Program-made: the position numbers and the translations under genes
Shown here: positions 13,085-26,462 of the stretch, one piece after another
How the letters are laid out: every line of letters begins with the position of its first letter
Position numbering within the stretch: position 1 is the first letter of the stretch
From: Octopus vulgaris
Lineage: Eukaryota
Assembly: GCA_951406725.2 (NCBI GenBank)
Contig: OX597823.1
Span: 18,600,001-18,664,000 of the forward strand
Length of the DNA stretch: 64,000 nucleotides
Reading direction: 5' to 3'
The notes under the pieces: model-generated
Databases searched by the model: none
Told to the model about the DNA's origin: nothing
The model's input: the letters and a program-made list of their open reading frames with translations, nothing else

Positions 13085-13683
13085 GGTTGTCTTTGTACAA
13101 TATGTCTTCAACAGTTACACTTGAATTCATTACCAACTAATGGAAAAAAAAATATTTGCCTCTTTATTTTATTTTACCCCCACCAAATTTTTATTTATTG
13201 TTTTTCTTTTCTCTGAAACTGAAATAAAAAAATAAAAATCGCCCAAGAAGTAATTGTGGTTACTTCATCGTCTCAAGAGTTTGTCGTGTTCCCCTTCTCA
13301 TTATCAGAACGTATATGGAAACCATACTTTGTGACATTTCTGTAGCACGGTTGTACAATATTGGAATGGAATTAGCTTCTAGATGAGAAGTCTGTTCCAA
13401 AGAATTTCGAAGTGAGTTAATGTCTTAGAGGCTCGTACATTTTTGCTGAGTTTTATCCAATTAGATTCAAGGCAGGGTAAAACTTGAAGAGAGGGCGAAT
13501 ACGTAACGAGTAAAATTTTTCCGATTATAAGCTTCCAGAACAGGGAACACCAATACAAAATGTATTGAAGTAATCTGCAAAGATAAACAGAGAGAATGGT
13601 GATATGATAACATTAGATAACCGATCTTTTATTTTTAATAGCAACAGTCAAAATACATTCACTATGTTTTCTTTTATCTTAAA

Positions 13684-14082
13684 CTAGTAGTATCGCCCGG
13701 CGTTGATCGGGTTTGTAAGGGAAATAACTATATAAGCATTTTTAGAGAGTTATAGCAAAAAAAATAGCAAAAAAAATGCATTAAAAATGGAAAACAAATG
13801 ATGGTAAATTTTTTTTTAAATCGTTGACTCATCGTAGACATTTTTAGAGAGTTACTTCCCTTATATAATAGCGAAAAAATGCATTAAAAATGGGAAAAAA
13901 TTATGGCAATTTTTTTAAAATCGTAGACTCATCGTAGACGCGCGCTAATACCCAGAAGGGCTCGATATGAATCACGACTATAAGATACCCGGTTTTGGTT
14001 AAACTGCACCGCAAAATGTGGGAGTAGTTAGGAATCTAAATCGTAGGAGACAGACACACAACTTCACTTTTATATATAAAGA
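13684..14082 (-). mobile_element. Non-autonomous Helitron, subfamily 1
   Basis: On the minus strand: 5'-TC(TTTATATATAAAAG), subterminal hairpin CCCG..AACGCCGGG, 3'-CTAG, inserted between A and T. Has an internal ~120-bp tandem duplication. Confidence 0.85.
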
Positions 14083-14460
14083 TATACACAGGCAGACATA
14101 AGAGAAAGAATACAACTTAAATATACCCCTACACAAATACAGATATAAGCGCAATCACGCGCGCGCGCACACACACAGACACAGTTATGGGTTTCTGTAT
14201 TAGGTATGCGCGCGCGAGTGTGTGTTTATTATCAAAAAGTCGACATGCTACTCTCAATCTAGGAAGAAACTCAGAGTAAACCGTCAGCTGTTAATATAAT
14301 CAACATCGTGGCAGTGTGATAAGAAGCTTGCTCTCCAACCCCATAGTTCTGGGTTCAGTCCCACTGCGTGGCACCTTGGGAAAGTGTCTTCTTCTATAGC
14401 CTCGAGCCAACCAAAGCCTTGTAAGTGGATTTGGTAGACGGAAACTGAAAAAAGCCTGTC

Positions 14461-14491
<31 letters not shown>

Positions 14492-14674
14492 TGTATGTAT
14501 GTATGTATGTATGCATGTATGCATGTATGTATGCATGTATGTATGTATGTATGTATGTATGTATGTATGTATGTATGTATGTATGTATGTATGTATGTAT
14601 GTATGTATGTATGTATGCATGCATGCATGCATGTATGTTTGTATGTTTGTATGTATGTATGTATGTATGTATAA

Positions 14675-15038
14675 CATTTAAAGATGTTTTTGTTACATGT
14701 TGTTATTGTTTTTGTTAAATAAAATTTGTTGAATAAAAGCTGCAATAATTATGCACCAATCCAATATTTCTCACAGACGCTGCGTATTTGTTGCAAATTC
14801 TGGATTCCTATGGGAAATCCAATCATAGCTATAGAGGAATAACTTTTATAACAATAACTGCAAAAGTTCTAACTCTGTACTACTTAGCCGCATACATCCA
14901 GAATTCGAAAAGGTATTGAGAGAAAAAAATCAAAATAGCTTTCGAAGAGGACGTTGAACAACAGTGTCAAATCTTAACCGTTCGCAGAATTCCTGAAGGT
15001 GTGAAAACTAAAAATTTAAATGATGCTCTATTATTCGT
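14675..15038 (+). pseudogene. Inverted partial copy of the same RT fragment
   Basis: Inverted repeat of 15575-15932, roughly 90% identical by eye. Confidence 0.8.
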
Positions 15039-15039
15039 A

Positions 15040-15932
15040 GCTAGAAATTTTACTACTTAGGTAAGTAAATTTTTCTACACAGTTGAAATATGTGTCAGAT
15101 ACTGTTTTGATTGCTCCATTTTGATTTAAGCATATGTATTCTCTTTTGCCTGAGTTAACATGGAGACCGATACTTTTTGCTGAATGTTCAAGAGTTATGG
15201 AGAAAGGTTATTAGATCGGAGAGAAGCACTAAATCAGCAACATAATCTGCATTTGTGATTTTTGTAGCAGGATATTTATAATCCCTTTATGGATGTAGTG
15301 TGAAGCCATTGTCTTTAATGGTGTTGAGAGAAGTTCTAAGAACGTAATCCAAGCAAATGATGAAGATACAGGATGCTAAAGTGTCACTTTGTATGCAATA
15401 ATTTTATGCAATAATTCCATACAAATTTGTATCACCATTTGGTGATCGTACTATAGAATATGTGTTTTTGTAGGGCTTCATAATGACTTTTATTGCTTCA
15501 TCTGCTATACGTAAGCTAGCAGTATTTCTTCCATTTTACTTCCATGAATTGAAATGAAGGCTTTAGAGAAATCAACGAATAATAGAACATCATTTAAACT
15601 AGTTTTCACACCTTCAGGAATTCTGCGAACAGTTAAGATTTGACCGGTAGTTCATCGTCCTCTTCGAAAGCCATTTTGATTATTTTCTCAATACCTTTTC
15701 GAATTCTGGATGTATGCGGCTAAGCAGTACAGAGTTAGAACTTTTGCAGTTATTGCTATAAAAATTATTCCTCTATAGCTATGATTAGATTTCCCATAGG
15801 AATCTAGAATTTGCGACAGATACGCAGCGTCTGTGAGAAATATTGGATTGGTACATAATTATTGCAGCTTTTATTCAACAAAGTTTATTTAACAAATATA
15901 ATAGCAACATGTAACAAAAACATCTTTAAATG
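15040..15932 (-). pseudogene. Degenerate non-LTR reverse transcriptase fragment (RTE-like)
   Basis: Frameshifted translation gives YRGI..AKV..RIHPEFEKVLR..QNGFRRGR..QILTVRRIPEGVK..LLFVDFSKAF..VRSPNGDT..DTLA..FIICLDYVLRTS..YPATKITNADYVAD. Confidence 0.85.
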
Positions 15933-16429
15933 ATTATTCCGGAGCATATCCACCATCTACTTCAGCTACTGTTTCCCATTTGCTTGGCAGACGGCCAGAG
16001 CATCGTTTAAAGATGTTTTTGTTAAATATTGTTATTGTTTTTGTTGAATAAAATTGGTAAAAAGCCGCAATAATTATGCACAAACCCAATAAAAATCTAA
16101 AGATATAACATTGAACATAACATACAAGACTTTCATTAAAGGACATAAAAAGGCTGAAGAGGAACAAAAAATGTATATACACACACATACATGCACAAAT
16201 ATATACATACATGCACACATGCATATGTACATGCATATATATATAAGATCCAGACATCGAGGTGTAGGAAGAAGGTTAACTTAGTAAATATAGAGAACAA
16301 CTTTCAGGGACAATAGTGGTTTATTGAGACGGAAGGTTGTGGATATTTTTTTTTTTTCGTATCAAAGTACAATAAACTGAAAAAGTTCATTTTATATTTC
16401 ACGGTATTCGACCAGGGTTGCTAGGTATG

Positions 16430-16765
16430 CGAATAAGAATACAAGAATTAAGGAATAGATTAGATAAGGTCTGGACTGCATATGTTTTATAGCAAGCGGA
16501 ACCTTGGACGTGGTAAATATTCAAGCGTGCTATATACCACAGCCTACTCTTTAGGCTAAGGATATCTTGATTAAATTCTGATTAATCTTCCATGTGTTAA
16601 CATGTACCTCCTTGCGACAATGTAAACTTTCATTTAATCAAGATATCCTTGGCCGAAAGAATGGCCTGTGGTATACACCTCGCTTGGATTTTTACCACTT
16701 GTGAGGTTCCGCTCGCTACGAAACATATCTTATCTACTCCATTCTTTAACTCTTGTGCGTTTATA
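16430..16765. mobile_element. Diverged foldback/MITE
   Basis: Inverted arms, for example aaggatatcttgattaaat / atttaatcaagatatcctt and gcggaacct / aggttccgc. Confidence 0.55.
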
Positions 16766-16772
16766 TATATTA

Positions 16773-17168
16773 CTAGCAGTATCGCCCGGCGTTGATCGGG
16801 TTTGTAAGGGAAATAACTATATAAGCATTTTTAGAGAGTTATAGCCAAAAAATAGCAAAACATGCATTAAAAATGGAAATAAAATTATGGTAATTTTTTT
16901 TTTAAATCGTTGACTCATCGTAGACATTTTTAGAGAGTTACTTCCCTTATATAATAGCGAAAAAATGCATTAAAATGGAAAAAATTATGGTAAATTTTTT
17001 TTAAAATCGTAGACTCATCGTAGACGCGCGCTAATACCCAGAAGGGCTCGATATGAATCACGACTATAAGATACCCGGTTTTGGTTAAACTGCACTGCAA
17101 AATGTGGGAGTAGTTAGGAATCTAAATCGTAGGAGACAGACACACAACTTCACTTTTATATATAAAGA
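16773..17168 (-). mobile_element. Non-autonomous Helitron, subfamily 1
   Basis: Near-identical to 13684-14082. Confidence 0.85.
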
Positions 17169-17644
17169 TATATATAACTAAATAAGGGTAGAAATTGATA
17201 TTAATCAATTAAAACCAGTGGCCTATCATATTTTTTAAAAAATCTGAAGATTAAAAATTTTTTGCATACAAAATTTAGAGGACTGACCACTAAAAATGGA
17301 CAGCCTGTATGCTAGATATATACGTCAAAATCGCCATTTTCCACGAAGAATGTGTTCTCAAGAAAAAAATTCAGCAAAAAAACAAAGTGTAAAAATAAGC
17401 AAGACAAATGAAAATAAATTGTCTTGCTTATTTTTACACTTTGGTTTTTTTTTGTTGAAATTTTTTCTTGAGAGCACATTTTTAGTGGAAAATGGCGATT
17501 TTGACGTCTATATTTAGCATATAGGCTGTCCATTTTTAGTGGTCAGTCCTCTAAATTTTGTGTGTATATATATATATACGTTTATCAATTCGTTTTGCAA
17601 GATTCCTGATGTGAAATCGTGTGTTGTTCGGGATGATCATTTAT

Positions 17645-17645
17645 G

Positions 17646-17689
<44 letters not shown>

Positions 17690-17824
17690 TGTATGTATGT
17701 ATGTATGAATGTATGGATGGATGTATGTATGTATGTATGTATGTATGTAATGTATGTAATGTATGTATGTATGTATGTATGTAATGTATGTATGTAATGT
17801 ATGTAATGTATGTATGTATGTATG

Positions 17825-17855
<31 letters not shown>

Positions 17856-17874
17856 TGTATGTAATGTATGTATG

Positions 17875-17905
<31 letters not shown>

Positions 17906-17928
17906 TGTATGTAATGTATGTATGTATG

Positions 17929-17959
<31 letters not shown>

Positions 17960-18049
17960 TGTATGTATGTATGTTTGTATGTATGTATGTATGTATGTAA
18001 TGTATGTAATGTATGTATGTATGTATGTATGTATGTAATGTATGTAATG

Positions 18050-18080
<31 letters not shown>

Positions 18081-18200
18081 TGTATGTAATGTATGTATGT
18101 AATGTATATATGTAATGTATGTATGTAATGTATGTATGTAATGTATGTATGTAATGTATGTATGTATGTATGTATGTATGCATGCATGCATGTATGTATG
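17645..18200. repeat. (TG)n + (TATG)n/(TAATG) compound microsatellite
   Basis: Seen directly; explains the 326-aa pseudo-ORF. Confidence 0.95.
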
Positions 18201-18243
18201 TATATGGAGCAAGTGGGACAATAACACACACGAAAACGAAAAG

Positions 18244-18288
18244 TGTCGCTGAAGAGGTCACAGATGTGTGACGAAAGATTTCCGGATA
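18244..18288 (+). ncRNA. Hammerhead-like motif
   Basis: TCG-CTGAAGA-G-GTCACA-GATG-TGTGAC-GAAA-GATTTC-CGG: 6-bp stem II, near-palindromic stem III. Confidence 0.5.
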
Positions 18289-18751
18289 ATGGACATGAGT
18301 TAAAATAATAAAACGAGAACAGTAATAAACGAGTGAAGCATATATATATATATAGAGCATATGCATATTTGGCAAAAAAATGACCGTCCCAAAATATAGC
18401 AACATATATATAACTTCCGAGCTGTTGCTGGAATTTACTTAAAACTGAGTGGACAAGAGTAGCGTGTTGATAATGTGTATTACTCAAGAACACAATGCAT
18501 CGCTTGATCCGAGAATCAAAACTACGATCGATAGAGCAACATCCTAACCACTGGACCACGAGCATTCACTAAACAGAGGGACAATATGAAGCGTAATGAA
18601 ATATTTGACCCAACTGTCTACTGTTTCTTCTCAGACACTTCTTTCTCGTAAATGCAATGTTAAGCAAGAGAGTAAACTTTTAACTATTTTGTTTTGTGTT
18701 ATAAATAGTCTCAAGACAGGGAATTGGTACAGTTGTCACAAAACAATCAAA

Positions 18752-19030
18752 GATATATTTCTTTATTGGCCACGCAGGGCTAAACGCAGAAGGGACAAAA
18801 TACAAAGTAGAGCTTTTCTTTTTGGGAAGAAGAGAAGGGGGGAAAAAGAAAAAAAGGTGGGGGTGGCGAATTCCGATCAAAAGAGATCGTAAAAAAAAAG
18901 TGGGGTCGATCAATAGGGCTCGTGTATCACAAAAAGTCAATGTAAAAGAGAAAACAGATTAGGTTGGTCCGTGGATAGAAAAGTCTACGGAAAAGACCAC
19001 GGGAACCTTGGACAATAGTGTCAAGTAAAA
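18752..19030 (-). mobile_element. Probable LINE 3' UTR fragment whose tail matches SINE-C
   Basis: Minus strand ends ...ttgtcccttctgcgtttagccctgcgtggccaataaagaaatata. Confidence 0.45.
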
Positions 19031-19512
19031 AGAAAACACATTACAGTGAGCGGCTCTCTTTTTCCTTCGTCTTGCGATATTTGTTCTGAGTTCAAATCCA
19101 TCCGAAACCAACTTTACTTCTTATCGTATTTTGGGTTCGATATAATGCATATGTGAATAACTGTGTCGTTGGTTACAAGTTTCTAGGAGACCAATCACTG
19201 ATTCACTACATATAAAACGGCGAGAGGGACAAGGAATTGTTTGTGTAATTCGGGTGAAATAAAACCTAACCTTATTTTTCTTCAAAAGTATTGATTCATC
19301 GACTTTCACGTCAATGTTTCATTTTTCACAGATAGAGCAAGAAAGAAAAAAGAAAAAAAAAGAAAGAAATACCAGCTACAAACTATAGTAGCTGGGAAAA
19401 ACTAAAACTAAAAATGAAGACCAAACTACAACGGGTTCTACCTTTTAAAACTTGACTCTGGTAGCAGTAACATATTCAACACCCTACCATTGTTATATAA
19501 GGGGTTATATAA

Positions 19513-19890
19513 GAGAGTTACACAAATGCCAGAACAGGGCGCCACTGCGTGGTGCCAAGGACTCCAAATTTGCCATCATGATGTAGGACAAGATACTGTG
19601 ATAGCCTGGGCTTCCGAGGCCCACAACTCTTCAATATCCCCCCGAAGAACCTAAGAGACCTGCATGGGGTGGATGCAGATGTCTTTAAAATGAAACTGGA
19701 TCTCTTCTTGTCAGGTATCCCAGATGAACCAACTTCACGGCAGGAGGTGCAGATGAGGGCAGCTGCATCGAACTCACTCATGCACCAAATGGCAGTTGCT
19801 AAAAAGCATTCGTGAAGTAAAATCATGTAGCAACACCAAATGGCGGTGCCCCAGCATGGCCATAGCTCATGAACTGAACTAGATAACATT
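19513..19890 (+). mobile_element. 3' end of a CR1-group LINE (ORF2 C-terminus and 3' UTR)
   Basis: ESYTNARTGRHCVVPRTPNLPS*CRTRYCDSLGFRGPQLFNIPPKNLRDLHGVDADVFKMKLDLFLSGIPDEP...AAASNSLMHQ*, followed by a short UTR and an A-rich tail. Confidence 0.75.
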
Positions 19891-20885
19891 TTTTAAAAAA
19901 TAAATAAATAAAATAAAATAAAATATGCAAGAATCAGTTCAAGTCTCAGCTATACAAAAATGGTTTCCACCATGTTACTGGAATCAGAAGAACCTTAAGA
20001 ACTTCAGTGATATTTGCCTGTCACCGTGATTGTCTTGTATCTCATGAATATACGCACAGAAATATGCGCATTGTTGGCTGTGTGGTACCGGAATCAGACA
20101 GGAGACAAACAAGCTACAGCTGAGGTCTTCACTATTCTCAAGGTCTTCACAGTAATTAAAAGGTAAACGTTTTCAATTTTTGTGAGGTCTTCCGGCGTAA
20201 CTTTTTTGGACCCACAAAGTCTAAATCCTGCATTTATTCATTTATTTTATTGTGTGTGTGTGTGTACGTGCATGCATGTGTGTCTGCGCATGTATGTCTG
20301 TGCATACGCGCCCGCATACAGTTGTTCCTTGGTTTACATGGTACATGGTGTGCATGGTTTCACTTCAGCATAAATTTTGGTTTCGCTCGATTTTTTTTTA
20401 TATGAAAAATACGATATAATTTCTAGCCTTGTGCCAAACTTTGAAATCAATATGAAAAGTACGATAACTTTTCCATCTTATCCATAAAGAGCTGCGTATA
20501 TTTCAAAGTGATTTTTCATTGGGGAATTAAGATTTTACTTCAAGCTGCTTAAATTTGAATGAAGCATATTAAAACTTGGATGTCAAATGTAAAATATTAA
20601 ATTTTGCTTGAATGAGCAAGAAGTTAGGAGAAACAAACAAAATATGTTTGGTTACATTTATATGATGTTTGTTTCTTAAATGATGTGGAGATACACGATG
20701 GCATTTTCAAAATTATTTTACGAACATCATATATAAGTATCAACCAAATTCTGTTTAATTCTCGGTACTTATGGTTTCTTGTTTATTCAAGCAAAATTGA
20801 ATTTCTAAAATGTTTTACCATTTTAGAAAGTTAATGTATTTCCGTTAGATTTACTCTGTCTGAACTAAATATTCAGTTGAAGTTA

Positions 20886-20919
<34 letters not shown>

Positions 20920-21264
20920 TGCAATACATGTGGTGTATATAAAATGATACATACATACATATCTGTACATGTACACATATACAGACACACTTATATGTAT
21001 AGATATACACACATCCATAAATGAATTGAAAAAGTTCAACTAATTGAGATTTTCCACGCAATTAATAAACAAAACTTCCCCTTAGATATATTTAATATCA
21101 GAAAGCAAGTAACCTAATCAGCTTATCTAAAGTTTTTAGGAAATTAAGGCGATGCAACTGGGAATGGATCTGATATTTAAAGCCAACTAAAAAGCATATT
21201 TCGGTCTTTTTCGACCTCTTCAGGGAAACATTCTGCTTACGATGTAAGACTAAGATGAAATCAG

Positions 21265-21337
<73 letters not shown>

Positions 21338-21609
21338 GTACGTGGGTTATCTAAGAAACCATAAGTCAGGGAATATATATATATATATACATATTCATTA
21401 TTCTTTTAATTGTTTCAGTCATTTGATTGCAGCCATGCTGGAGCACCGCCTTGAAGGATTTTAGTCGAAGAAATCGACCCCAGGACTTATTCTTTGTAAG
21501 CCTAGTACTTATTCTATCGGCCTCTTTTGCCGAACCGCTAAGTTACGGGGACATAAACATACCAGCATCGGTTGACAAGCGATGGCGGGGAGACAAACAC
21601 AGACCACAC

Positions 21610-21870
21610 GCGATCGTGAGGTTGTGAGTTTGAATCCCAGACCGGGCTACGTGTTGCGTTCTTGAGCAAGACACTTTATTCCACGTTGCTTCAGTTCACT
21701 CAGCTGTAGAAATGAGTTGCGACGTCACAGGTGCCAAGCTGTATTGGCCTTTCTCTTTCCCTTGGATGCCGGTATGCATGGGTGACTGCTGGTCTTCCAT
21801 AGACAACCTTGTCCGGACTTGTGCCTGGGAGGGTAACTTTCTAGGTGCAATCCCATGGTCAGTCATGATT
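21610..21870 (+). mobile_element. SINE-E: CORE-type SINE
   Basis: B box GAGTTTGAATCCC and CORE-like ttcttgagcaagacacttt...cactcagctgtagaaatgag. Other copies at 34345-34630 and 36557-36805. Confidence 0.75.
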
Positions 21871-22024
21871 GACCAAGGGATTGCAACTAGAAAATTACTC
21901 TTCCAGGCACAAGTCCGGGCAATGTTATAGCGAAAGACACTTGGCCAAGATGCCACGCAATGGGACTGAACTCGAATCCAGGTGGTGGAAAGCAAGCTTC
22001 TTACCATACAACCTATCCTGCGCC

Positions 22025-22060
<36 letters not shown>

Positions 22061-23563
22061 CAGAGACAGAGACAGACAGACGGAGGAATACGGGGGATGT
22101 AGAGATGTGATTATTATTATCAGAAATATGGCTGAAGGGAAATACTGTGGGGCATCGTTCTGCGTATTATATGTACGTATGCTAGAGTCTCACAAATATG
22201 ATATAATGAGCTGATTGTCCAAACAATTGCACTAGTTTAAAATCTTTAAAAGAAATCTTTAAAAGAAATCATTAAAAGAAATCTGAGTTTTTCAACATGC
22301 TGCATTGCATGTGTAAGGCACAACATCAGGAGGGGATAAGATTACAATAGCACCTGTCTGATATTTATTGACCCTGAAAGTTGATCACGACGCATTTGAC
22401 CCTATACGTACATATATGCATGTATACATACATACTGAAACTGTGTCTATGTGTGTATATATACATATATATATCATGGATTAATATATTATATCATATT
22501 GAATTATATTACACCAGACTACTTTGAAATAAATGTGATTCGTAACAGATGGTCCTATGTTTCGTTCTATACGTGCTTGTCATTTGGACGATGTATTTGG
22601 TTGAATTGATGGAATTTATACCAAAGAATGCAATAGGCTGTTTGAACACATGAATTTTCTAAGTATTGAAAAGAGAGGAAAAATATATTTTATATCAAAT
22701 TCAAAGTGATAGGGTATGAGGATAGCAGTGGTTGAAGAATTATGATTAGAAAGATATGGATGGATCTGTCTAAATTTAAAGGAAGATTTATAATTATATT
22801 GAGACAAATTACGAAAGAAAAAGAGATTTATAAGTAAAAAATAAAAATATAGCACAAGAAGGCCACAAAGAAATACAAGAGAAAACGCCCCAGAAAAAAC
22901 AAACACAATGAACGTGGATATGCTAAAGCCTTCATCAGTGTCAACCAGATATCATCACGTTTTCGACACCTTCCGATGATATTGTTCAGTTTGGTGAAGT
23001 CAGCAACATAAACTTCTGAGGTATAAATGAGCGGATATGATAGACGAACACAAACAGAAAAAATAAGACAGGAACAATAACAAGAAAAGACGAGATCTCT
23101 AGATGGAGCGGTAAAAAAAACACAAATCATGGGAACAGGGGAAATATATAAAACAAGAGAGACAAATAAGCACAAACAGTAACAAAAAATAAATAAACGG
23201 CACAGAGCGGTATTTCTATACATACGAGAGGGAGTAAAAGATAATTTAGTTCTTTAAGAAACTTGGAGCAATAGAATTAAAAGGAGTGAGAAAAGAAGCT
23301 TAGGTGGGAAAAAGTGAAATCTTTGTAGACGCGTGATAGAGAACAGAAAATGATTTAAATGCAAAGAATGCAGAAGGGAAAAAATATATAACATTTTTAA
23401 ATGATAGTGTTCACTAAGTAGACTGCAGCCATAATTTAAGATTTGAAATTGTAACAAAAGAATAAGGAAATCCACATGTCTAGAAATAACAGGTGTTTAT
23501 ACTTACAAATTATAGGTCAGTGTTATTGGGCTAGAAAAATGTTGCTGGCTCACCGTGTTAATA

Positions 23564-23704
23564 TTAGGTTGTCCCAAAAGTTCGTAAACACTTGCGAAAA
23601 TTGAATTTTTACTCGCCAAGTACTAACAAAAACAACAAAAATTATTCCTCAAAATAAAGACTATTATTTTCCAAGACTTTCTACGAACTTTTGGGACAAC
23701 CTTA
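23564..23704. mobile_element. Mariner-like MITE
   Basis: TIR (T)TAGGTTGTCCCAAAAGTTCGTA and its complement, flanked by TA. Confidence 0.75.
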
Positions 23705-24571
23705 TAGTCTGAGAGGTTTGAGAGGCAATGAGAAGAAGACGAAAAAAGGGGAGGAAGAAAGGATACTTCTCTCATAGAATATAATTAAATTATCTAACAA
23801 AGTATTAGGGATCGGCAGAATGGTGGTAACATTTTGGTCTAAATAGTAAACTAAATGTAGAATTGAAACAAATCGAACAAGGCGAGTTAGCGACTATTGA
23901 TTGGTGGTTTGGGAAGAATGTGCAGTTGTCTGTGTAGATGCACATAACTACCGTTTTGGTTGCGGCTCTTAATAGCATTTCACGTTAAAACCAATCTGCT
24001 GTTTGATTCAGTAGGGTTCTATACGACCCATATAGGGTTATAACGTAATACAAAGAACATCTCTACAATGAGAGAAAAGCATAAAGCATCAACTTCGTAC
24101 TCCTTTATCTCATGTTACATAGGTTTCTGTGTTCAGTAGTCGATGACATCATAAATTCGAGCATTTCGGGTTTTTTTGTCTTGTTTGTTTTTTTTTTTTT
24201 GGTTTTTTGTTTTCTGTTTTTGACAGTGTTCTACATACATCCTTAACATGCCCATCTGATGAGTGTCGGGTATGTTACCTCCGCATGAAATTCTGTGTCC
24301 AAGTCTCGTTTGTCAATTTGATCGTCAGTTGAACAACGAAGAACTTACATACAATACACACAATGCAAAAAACTTCTTTCCAAAATGTTCGTGACATTCT
24401 GTTTTACCATATATTATTTTTAAATAGTTAACTTTTAATAAATTTTTTCTTTAGATATTGTAAACTGTATCAAATATTGTTTACGAAAACTTACACAAAT
24501 ATGAGGTCATCTTGACCTTGTTATCTCCCCTACTTCCCCTCTCTCGTCTGACCATTCTGTCCGAAGTCAGA

Positions 24572-24748
24572 CGCCATGATAGATCGTTAGCTACTACACA
24601 CATTTTTTTCCCTTCTTGTTACTCTCCTTGTTTTAGAGCGTAGGCTCGAAATGTAAAATACTTTTTTTATTCCTGAGCGCTATACTAATACATCTGTTTG
24701 TTTGTACACCACCTGCCTTCGTCTTTTGTATATTATCGTAAACTTTCC

Positions 24749-24751
<3 letters not shown>
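24572..24751 (+). mobile_element. Short TA-anchored repeat with a degenerate hammerhead (Penelope pLTR-like), copy 1
   Basis: Shares gccatgatagatcgttagc...gagcgtaggctcgaaatgtaaaa...ctgagcg...gtaaact with 32164-32362 and ends in (TA)n. Confidence 0.6.
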
Positions 24752-24787
<36 letters not shown>

Positions 24788-24829
24788 GTGTGGGATAAAT
24801 ATCCCTCTGGTAAACATCCATTAATGTTA

Positions 24830-24965
24830 TATCACCTGAAGAAATGAATCCATGAAGGTGATCTACCCGATGCCCATGGATACTACGGACTACACAGCAA
24901 TCATCCCAGGAATGTGGATTGTGATCTTAAGAGACATATGATTTGTGGAAACGCGCGTAGCGATA
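24830..24965 (+). ncRNA. Type I hammerhead-like motif with long stem II
   Basis: TATCAC-CTGAAGA-(~105 nt)-GAAAC-GCGC-GTA-GCGATA: stem I 5/6 paired, palindromic ACGCGCGT. The unit is bounded by (TA)n on both sides. Confidence 0.55.
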
Positions 24966-25743
24966 CATTAAATGTTTATAAATTCCATCCGAGAATTATT
25001 ATTACTATATATATATATATATACACACACATCCACATGCATACATGCTTACATGCAAGCATGCACACACACATACACACACACACACATACACTATCTC
25101 TCACATACACACACACGCACACACACACAAACACACACTCACACATAAATATTTCCACATTCAAACGGACAATAATGTATTTATTGCATGTGTTTGATTC
25201 AATTCAACGATTAAGCTATGACATTGGTAAGCCTTTACGAATTGCTGATCTCGGCTTATTGTCAGACATCAAACTATAATATTTTATTATTAAATGTAAA
25301 GTATGGAATATCTAGATAGGAAATTTATAAATGCTTCCACACCGATCGTTTTGTACAGATGCGCCAATGTACGTACTTAATAAAACTGTCACTTTTGACG
25401 ACATGGATATACAGCTTACAATACAAATGGCATATTTGTATCAGCTATATATTTTATTTCATGCATTTTGAATTTATATGTGGGTGTATTTGTGTCGGTA
25501 TGCGTGAATGTAGGTATGCATGTGCGTAAGGGTGCATTTGTAGGTATGTGCCTGCGCCCGTGCGCGCATATGTAAGCGGAGATGTTACGTTTGTGTAGAA
25601 GTAATAGCCATTAAAATATATCTGTCATTGTTAAAGTGGAGCACAGCAATGACACAGTTTTGTGTTTGTGTGTGTATGTGTGTATGTGTGTGTGTGTGTG
25701 TGTGAGTGTGTGTGTGTATGTATAGAATAATGGTACAACAATG

Positions 25744-25774
<31 letters not shown>

Positions 25775-25885
25775 TTATATATAAATATATGTATATGTTT
25801 ATATATGTATATGTTTATATATATATATATATATACACATATATATATGTATATATATACATACATCCATATATGCATACATATG

Positions 25886-25954
<69 letters not shown>

Positions 25955-26194
25955 GACACAGAGAGATAATGTATACATATATACACACATATAAGTGTAT
26001 ACATACATGTGTGTGTGATTATACATACATATATATGTGTGTGTTTGTGTTCCTCTGTGTCTACCTGCAAGTGTGTGTGTATATGTTCGATTTATAGAGC
26101 TAAGAACACAATAAACGAATATATTTACTCGGTAACGTTCAGTACTTTTTTTATTGTGGAGCATTACAGTAACCAGATCAGATTTTCTTTGATC

Positions 26195-26281
<87 letters not shown>

Positions 26282-26319
26282 GTATGTATGTGTATATATG
26301 TGTGTATGTGTATATATAT

Positions 26320-26364
<45 letters not shown>

Positions 26365-26462
26365 CATATATGCATATAACATATACATATATATATATAT
26401 ATATATATGTATAATCACACATATACACAAACACCCATATATATATATATATATATATATAT

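Noticed and set aside
17585-18565. 326-aa ORF and similar HTYI/VCMY ORFs
   Set aside because: Translations of (TATG)n, (CA)n and (TA)n microsatellites.
21190-21228. CTGAAGA-GGTC-GAAAAA-GACC-GAAA hammerhead core on the minus strand
   Set aside because: Good stem II but no convincing stem I or NUH site; at best a decayed copy.
24250-24298. CTGATGA...GAAA motif (similar one at 50097)
   Set aside because: Stems I and III cannot be formed convincingly.
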